Below, piece by piece: positions 58,642-64,000 of a stretch of DNA of 64,000 nt. Location of the stretch: positions 6,583-70,582 of the forward strand of contig JASEEX010000003.1 in assembly GCA_030019415.1 (NCBI GenBank), read 5' to 3'. The first letter of the stretch is position 1. Every line of letters begins with the position of its first letter. Origin of the DNA: Thermodesulfovibrionales bacterium. Lineage in GTDB: Bacteria > Nitrospirota > Thermodesulfovibrionia > Thermodesulfovibrionales > SM23-35. The position numbers and the translations under genes are program-made. Below the pieces are notes generated by a model. It did no database searches. It was not told the DNA's origin and saw nothing but the letters and a program-made list of their open reading frames with translations.

Positions 58642-59877
58642 CTAATCCTCTCTGTAATATTTCTTTTTCTTTGGCAGGTAATCCTGCTCCACATAACCAC
58701 TGTAATTATGCGGGTATTTGTACCCTTTTCCATGCCCTAATTTCTTAGCGCCGGGGTAATGGCTATCCTTTAAATGGTCAGGAACCTCCATCGTCTCTTC
58801 TGTAGAAATGTCATTTAACGCAGTCTCGATGGCTTTATAGCAGGCATTGCTCTTCGGTGCATTTGCAACGTAAATGGTAGCCTGTGCAAGGGGTATTCTT
58901 GCCTCTGGCATGCCGATGAACTCTACTGCCCTTAAGGCGGATGTAGCAATGACCAATGCCGTGGGGTCAGCATTTCCCACATCTTCTGAGGCACAGATTA
59001 CGATGCGTCTTGCGATGAATCGGGGGTCTTCGCCTGCATAGAGCATCTTAGCAAGGTAATAGATGGCTGCGTCAGGGTCTGAACCACGCATACTCTTTAT
59101 AAAGGCAGAGATTGTATCATAGTGCTGGTCACCTTTTTTGTCATAAACGATATGCTTTTTCTGGATTGATTCCTCTGCAATATCAAGAGTTATTTTTATC
59201 TGACCGTTGTCATCCGGTTGTGTTGTCAGGGCAGCGATTTCTAATGCTGATAAGGCCTTTCTTGCATCACCATCGGACATCTCTGCAATGTGTTTGAGGG
59301 CATCCTCGTGGGCTACTATTTTGAGATTTCCAAGTCCACGCTCTTTATCAACGATCGCTCTTCCCATTATTTCTAAGAGATCTTCCTTTGCGAGTGGTTG
59401 CAGTTGAAACACCTGGCTCCTCGAAAGTAGAGTTGAGTTTACATAAAAGAAGGGGTTTTCCACTGTCGCTGCTATGAGTGTTATATTACCTTCTTCAACA
59501 TCAGGCAGGAGGGCATCTTGCTGGAGCTTATTAAACCTGTGAATCTCATCGAGAAAGACTATGGTGCGGATACCCTTAGCCTTTCTCATTTTAGCATGCT
59601 GTATAACCTTTCTGAGTTCATCAAGCCCGATGGTGGCTGCATTGAGCCATTCAAAATGTGCCTTTGTCCTTTCAGCAATTATTTTTGCAAGGGCTGTTTT
59701 GCCGGTGCCGGGCGGCCCATATAAGATTAATGATGCGATCCTATCTGCCTCTATAGCCCTTCGCAGGAGTTTTCCATGACCGAGGATATGTCTCTGTCCG
59801 ACATATTCATCAAGGGTTCTTGGACACATACGGTATGCAAGAGGGGAGATGAGGGTTTCCTCTTCAAATATTTCCAT
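58642..59877 (-). CDS. rarA: Replication-associated recombination protein A (AAA+ ATPase)
   Basis: GPPGTGKTALA, FLDEIHRFNK and a MgsA C-terminal domain (HYD.ISAFIKSMRGSDPDAA). Confidence 0.95.
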   Translation of the reverse strand: MEIFEEETLISPLAYRMCPRTLDEYVGQRHILGHGKLLRRAIEADRIASLILYGPPGTGKTALAKIIAERTKAHFEWLNAATIGLDELRKVIQHAKMRKAKGIRTIVFLDEIHRFNKLQQDALLPDVEEGNITLIAATVENPFFYVNSTLLSRSQVFQLQPLAKEDLLEIMGRAIVDKERGLGNLKIVAHEDALKHIAEMSDGDARKALSALEIAALTTQPDDNGQIKITLDIAEESIQKKHIVYDKKGDQHYDTISAFIKSMRGSDPDAAIYYLAKMLYAGEDPRFIARRIVICASEDVGNADPTALVIATSALRAVEFIGMPEARIPLAQATIYVANAPKSNACYKAIETALNDISTEETMEVPDHLKDSHYPGAKKLGHGKGYKYPHNYSGYVEQDYLPKKKKYYRED

Positions 59878-59951
59878 AATCTATGTTTGCTGATATGATG
59901 GAAATTTTTCAAGACATATGAAGCATGTGTAAGCATCTCCAAATCCGTAGT

Positions 59952-60088
59952 GGCAGGATATAGTATCTTCGCAGTTTCTTTTGCCGATAGTCCTTAAGCC
60001 TATTTTAATAATAAAGAGGCAAAAGCCTCGCAGTCCCGCACCATGATATGGTGCGGGACGAGAATGAGCGAAGATACTATATCCTGCC
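59952..60088. repeat. Two-copy structured element, copy 2 (same core, private 21-bp perfect inverted repeat)
   Basis: Outer arms GGCAGGATATAGTATCTTCGC / GCGAAGATACTATATCCTGCC. Core TTCTTTTGCCGATA…ATAAAGAGGCAAAAGCCTCGCAGTCCCGCACCATGATATGGTGCGGGACGAGAATGAGCGAA. Confidence 0.85.
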
Positions 60089-60248
60089 TTTATACTTACA
60101 GTTTATAAATATCGTTAATTTTCAACACGGAAAAAGAGGGGTTTCCGAAGCATGTTGAAAGGCTTAATGAAATGATATACTATTTTCACTATTTAGAGCA
60201 AAAGGCAAATGAGTGCATAAGCTCCGAGTTTTATAGGGGGAAGAAGTT

Positions 60249-61406
60249 ATGTTCCATACAGCCGACCCGAAGGAAATTATTGAGGGAAAGATTACGGATG
60301 TATATTTTGAAAGGACAATAAAGATTCTCAATGCTAAAGGGGTAAATCCAGTTGTAAAGGCAGAATTCATGGCTAAAGACCTTCCTGAAGGATGGCCCTG
60401 GGCTCTATTTGCCGGGCTTGAAGAGGCGATGTATTTAATGAAACATCTACCCATCAAGGTCAGGGCAATGAGAGAGGGGACGGTCTTTTACCCTTTCGAG
60501 CCTGTGATAGAAATAGAGGGGAGATACCAGGACTTTTGTATTTATGAGACTGCCATCCTCGGTTTAATATGCCAGGCATCAGGAATTGCGACAAAGTCAG
60601 CCAGGTTTAAAAAACTTGCTGGCGAGAGGCTCGTCGTCAGCTTCGGTGCCCGCAGGATGCATCCGATACTTGCCCCGATGATTGAAAGGAATGCATATAT
60701 TGGAGGATGTGATGGTGTTGCTGTTGTGAAATCAGGGGAAATAATAGGGGAAGACCCTATGGGTACCATGCCACATGCCTTGATTATATGCTTTGGCTCT
60801 GCAGTAGAGGCCCTGAAGGCCTACGATGAGGTTTTAGAGCCAAAAATAAAAAGGGTTGCACTCATTGACACGTTTCTCGATGAAAAGTTTGAGTGCCTTA
60901 ATGTTGCGGAAGCCCTCGGCAGTAGACTTTTTGCAGTCAGGTTCGACACGCCATCGTCGAGGAGAGGTAATTTTTACAGGATACTCGAGGAATGCAGATG
61001 GGAGCTAAATCTGAGAGGATATAAACATGTAAAGTTCTTTGTTAGCGGTGGTATAAAGGAAGAAGATGTCTCTGTTTTAAATCCTGTGGTAAATGGTTAT
61101 GGTATCGGCACATCCATCAGTAATGCACCTGTTGTTGACTTCTCAATGGATATCATAGAGGTTGAAGGTAAGCCATTAGCTAAAAGGGGGAAGTGGTCAG
61201 GGAGTAAAAGGGTCTTGAGATGCTTATCGTGTAATAAAGGCACGATAGTTCCTCACACTAATGAGCAATACACGTGCGAATGTGGTGGAGTATTTAACGA
61301 TATACTTATTCCAGTTCTGGATAACGGGAAGTACCTTATAGATATGCCATCTCACAAAGAGGTAAGGGGATTTGTTCTAAGGCAGTTAGAGAGGCATTTC
61401 ATTTAA
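60249..61406 (+). CDS. pncB: Nicotinate phosphoribosyltransferase, archaeal-type with C-terminal zinc-knuckle
   Basis: 385 aa. DVYFERT, GTMPHA, RFDTPSSRRG and the C-terminal CLSC…CECG. Confidence 0.85.
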   Translation: MFHTADPKEIIEGKITDVYFERTIKILNAKGVNPVVKAEFMAKDLPEGWPWALFAGLEEAMYLMKHLPIKVRAMREGTVFYPFEPVIEIEGRYQDFCIYETAILGLICQASGIATKSARFKKLAGERLVVSFGARRMHPILAPMIERNAYIGGCDGVAVVKSGEIIGEDPMGTMPHALIICFGSAVEALKAYDEVLEPKIKRVALIDTFLDEKFECLNVAEALGSRLFAVRFDTPSSRRGNFYRILEECRWELNLRGYKHVKFFVSGGIKEEDVSVLNPVVNGYGIGTSISNAPVVDFSMDIIEVEGKPLAKRGKWSGSKRVLRCLSCNKGTIVPHTNEQYTCECGGVFNDILIPVLDNGKYLIDMPSHKEVRGFVLRQLERHFI

Positions 61407-61409
61407 TTA

Positions 61410-62273
61410 ATGATTTACATACTTATTGCCATATTCCTCTGGAGCTCCCTCGGAATTGTCATAAGGCTTTCAGGTGTCCCGGTTCATCTATTGATATTTT
61501 TCTCCTGCGTTATATCCACATCAATAATAGGCATGATGTTTTCTAAAAAGAAATATCGGAAGGAAATCCCTAAAGGCAAAGCCCTTTTGTATCTCCTTAT
61601 CCTTGGACCTATCAGTCTGGCCAATACATTTTCCTTTTTTTATGCATACAAAAATACATCCATTGCCAATGCTGTGCTGACACATTACACCGCACCTATT
61701 ATCGTTGCCTTTCTTGCACCAATTTTTCTAAAAGAGAGATTGACGGGGAAGGTATTGATTGCGGTTGCTGTTGCAACTCCAGGCCTATTGATTATGCTTG
61801 ATGTTTCTGTGAGCGAGTTTTTGAACCTATTAGTTGCTGGAGATAGAAATACAGGTGGAATCCTGGCAGGGCTTTTTTCTGGATTTGCCTATGCAATACT
61901 AATAATCATCATAAGGATATTCTCCCATGACTTTAATCCCCTCGTCATGACATTTTTTCTGAATCTTATCATTGCCATTATCTTGTTGCCGTTTGCAGAA
62001 TTAACAAAAGATTTTAGTTCTGCCCTGTGGGCATTTGCTGTAATGGGGATAGTCCACTCAATCATAGCCCCGACACTTTATTTCAGGGGAATGAGGCAGG
62101 TGACTGCCAACAGGGCAGCCATACTTGGTTATCTCGAGCCAGTTTGTGCAATCCTCCTGGGTATGATATTTTTAAACGAATCATTGAATTATAAAACCGT
62201 AGTTGGTGGCACCATGATACTTTTTTCAGGCTATCTAACAATATCTGAAAAGGTTATAGGCAATAGGCAATAG
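61410..62273 (+). CDS. EamA/DMT-family transporter
   Basis: 287 aa with ten TM segments in two EamA-like halves. Confidence 0.8.
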   Translation: MIYILIAIFLWSSLGIVIRLSGVPVHLLIFFSCVISTSIIGMMFSKKKYRKEIPKGKALLYLLILGPISLANTFSFFYAYKNTSIANAVLTHYTAPIIVAFLAPIFLKERLTGKVLIAVAVATPGLLIMLDVSVSEFLNLLVAGDRNTGGILAGLFSGFAYAILIIIIRIFSHDFNPLVMTFFLNLIIAIILLPFAELTKDFSSALWAFAVMGIVHSIIAPTLYFRGMRQVTANRAAILGYLEPVCAILLGMIFLNESLNYKTVVGGTMILFSGYLTISEKVIGNRQ

Positions 62274-62335
62274 GTGATAGGTTATGGGTTTAAATCATCG
62301 TCAATTACCCATCACCTAACACCTATAACCTATTA
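62254..62335. repeat. Inverted pair of heptamer arrays forming a long hairpin between convergent genes
   Basis: Left arm TTATAGG CAATAGG CAATAGG TGATAGG TTATGGG (62254-62288). Right arm CCCATCA CCTAACA CCTATAA CCTATTA (62308-62335), the approximate reverse complement. The arms overlap the 3' ends of both flanking genes. Confidence 0.8.
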
Positions 62336-63556
62336 TTGTCTTATCACATCCACAGGCTGGATTTTAGTTGCCTTCTTTGATGGGTAGATGCCTGCCAGTA
62401 TGCCAACCCCTACGGATGCAAAGAAGGATACTATGTGTCCTGATGGAGAGACGGTAAATGGGAGCCCTGATAAACTAAAGATAATAATGGTTGCAGCAAA
62501 GCTTATTATGACACCTACCGTCCCACCACTAAAGGATATGAATACTGACTCCGTAAGAAACTGAAGGATGATGTCTCGCTTCCTTGACCCTACTGCCCTC
62601 CTGATGCCAATCTCAACCCTTCTTTCATTAACGATGAGAATCATTATAGACAGTATCCCGATACCTCCTATGAGGAATGCAACCACTGCTGCTGTCCTTC
62701 CAAGGAGTGCTACCATAGACATCGTCTCTGTCTTGAGGGCAAGCACATCCTTTAGGTCGATGACCGTGAAGTCATCCTTTCCACCTTCCCGTATCCTGTG
62801 CCTTTTCCTCAATATATCTTCTATTTCAGCCTTTGCTACAGGAATGGATTTTTCACCTATGACCTGGACAGAGATGTTGTTGATGTAATCCTTATTGACA
62901 ATCCTTCTCAAAAATGTGTTCAGCGGTATGAATATCTGATTGTCCTGATCAAAACCTGACACATCAACTCCTTTTTCCTCCATGATTCCTACGACCTGGA
63001 ACGGCACCCTGTAGATGAGAATATATTTCCCGATAGGATTTTCACTGCCAAAGAGTTCTACCGCCACCTTGTTTCCAATGGTGGCCACTTTGTTGAAATC
63101 TCTATTATCTTCGTCGGTGATAAAGCTACCGTCTTTTACATTGAAATTTCTAATCTCTGAATAATTGGCTACTGCGCCTACAATCAGTACAGATTTGAGT
63201 GTTATGTCACCATATCTCACAGGAAATGACTTATTGCTCGATGGTGATACTGCATTGATGAATCTTGAACTTTCCACAATTGCCCCTGCATCTGCGACGG
63301 TAAGGGTTGTAGCCTCGCTCAGTAACCTCGTACCAGTCCCGACTCTCCTTACAATGCCGCTTCTCACGATGAGCAGATTTTCACCGAGATTTGCGATCTC
63401 CATTTGTGTTTTCTTGGTGAGAGATTCCGATAGGTTGGATACCACAATCAGGGAGAAGGTGCCAAGAAGGATCCCGAAGACTGCCAAGGCTGTCCTGAGT
63501 TTGAAATTCAACAGTGCCCCCACCGCAATCTTAAGATTTAGAACTATCCTTTTCAT
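62333..63556 (-). CDS. MacB/FtsX-type ABC transporter permease
   Basis: Start set at MKRIVLNLKIAVGALL (ATGA overlap with the upstream permease). An N-terminal TM segment, a periplasmic MacB_PCD-like domain and a C-terminal FtsX 3-TM domain. Confidence 0.85.
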   Translation of the reverse strand: MKRIVLNLKIAVGALLNFKLRTALAVFGILLGTFSLIVVSNLSESLTKKTQMEIANLGENLLIVRSGIVRRVGTGTRLLSEATTLTVADAGAIVESSRFINAVSPSSNKSFPVRYGDITLKSVLIVGAVANYSEIRNFNVKDGSFITDEDNRDFNKVATIGNKVAVELFGSENPIGKYILIYRVPFQVVGIMEEKGVDVSGFDQDNQIFIPLNTFLRRIVNKDYINNISVQVIGEKSIPVAKAEIEDILRKRHRIREGGKDDFTVIDLKDVLALKTETMSMVALLGRTAAVVAFLIGGIGILSIMILIVNERRVEIGIRRAVGSRKRDIILQFLTESVFISFSGGTVGVIISFAATIIIFSLSGLPFTVSPSGHIVSFFASVGVGILAGIYPSKKATKIQPVDVIRQ

Positions 63557-64000
63557 CCCCTTATTGCCTCTATTGGTTTTAAATCTGCTGCCCTTTTTGC
63601 AGGCTGTAATCCGAAACCAATCCCGATAACCCATGAGAGGAGCAACCCCATGAAAAATGCCTTCCATGAAAAATGGATGGGGAACTCAGCGATAAGCATG
63701 AGCAGTTTTGAAGATGAAAGGGCGAGGAGGAATCCGACGAATCCTCCTATGGTAGTGAGAACAACTGATTCACCGAGAAACTGTATGAGGATATCTCTTT
63801 TCTTTGCACCCGTTGCCCTTCTTATACCTATTTCAGCAGTTCGTTCTTTCACAGAGAGCAGAAAGAGGTTGGCAAGGACAAATCCTGCAACAATGAGAGA
63901 TATGATTCCTGTCACACCGAGGAATACGACGAGTGAGCCTGTGAGGGCAACAAGGAATTTTGTAATCTCTTTTGGTGAGACAATAGTAAAGTCATCAGGC
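63553..64000 (-). CDS. MacB/FtsX-type ABC transporter permease, 5'-truncated by the window edge
   Basis: The frame stays open to position 64000 (…DDFTIVSPKEITKFLVALTGSLVVFLGVTGIISLIVAG…). The C-terminal FtsX domain ends KPIEAIRG. Confidence 0.8.
   Translation of the reverse strand, partial: PDDFTIVSPKEITKFLVALTGSLVVFLGVTGIISLIVAGFVLANLFLLSVKERTAEIGIRRATGAKKRDILIQFLGESVVLTTIGGFVGFLLALSSSKLLMLIAEFPIHFSWKAFFMGLLLSWVIGIGFGLQPAKRAADLKPIEAIRG

Overview
This 64-kb chromosomal window comes from a moderately AT-rich, probably anaerobic bacterium. The lineage cannot be fixed without a database search. Most of it is housekeeping genes in short operons on both strands. In order: hup, hisG, mfd, tRNA-Pro, an ABC1/UbiB-type kinase, tRNA-Val, a RuBisCO-like protein, moeA, prs-rplY-pth, tRNA-Gln, ispE, priA, ribF, coaE, pyrK-pyrD, greA, proS, ychF, htrA, larC, a GAF-GGDEF-HD-GYP protein and yceD-rpmF-plsX-fabH. 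These are followed by an SPFH/NfeD pair, a formate module (nuoE-like, nuoF-like, fdhA, a cNMP-binding protein, fhs), a surA-like gene, purN-rsmD-coaD, an NAD-salvage pair (pncA-like, pncB-like), rarA, an EamA transporter and two MacB/FtsX-type permeases. I saw no rRNA, CRISPR array, transposase, integrase or complete recognisable defence system. The unusual content is non-coding and structural. (1) A two-copy ~138-nt element has a conserved core enclosed by perfect inverted repeats that are unrelated between the copies. (2) A window-wide family of 7-nt tandem arrays (STRR-like) is present; three arrays sit in frame inside conserved enzymes (fdhA, pyrK, larC) with lengths that are multiples of 21 nt. 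(3) Several other palindromic repeat families occur, and some of these also lie in frame inside CDSs (priA, htrA). (4) A ~185-nt irregular hairpin with a 6S-RNA-like outline lies between hisG and mfd. (5) The PriA homologue has all of its ATPase motifs degenerate. (6) A RuBisCO-family protein has a nearly but not fully canonical active site. (7) There are many gene remnants: an HTH regulator, an EEP nuclease, a hisG 3' end, an M48 peptidase N-terminus, a radical-SAM N-terminus, ppsR with an internal deletion, and a YkgJ-like gene split in an A8 run. All functional calls rest on my reading of the translated ORFs against remembered family motifs; no searches were run.
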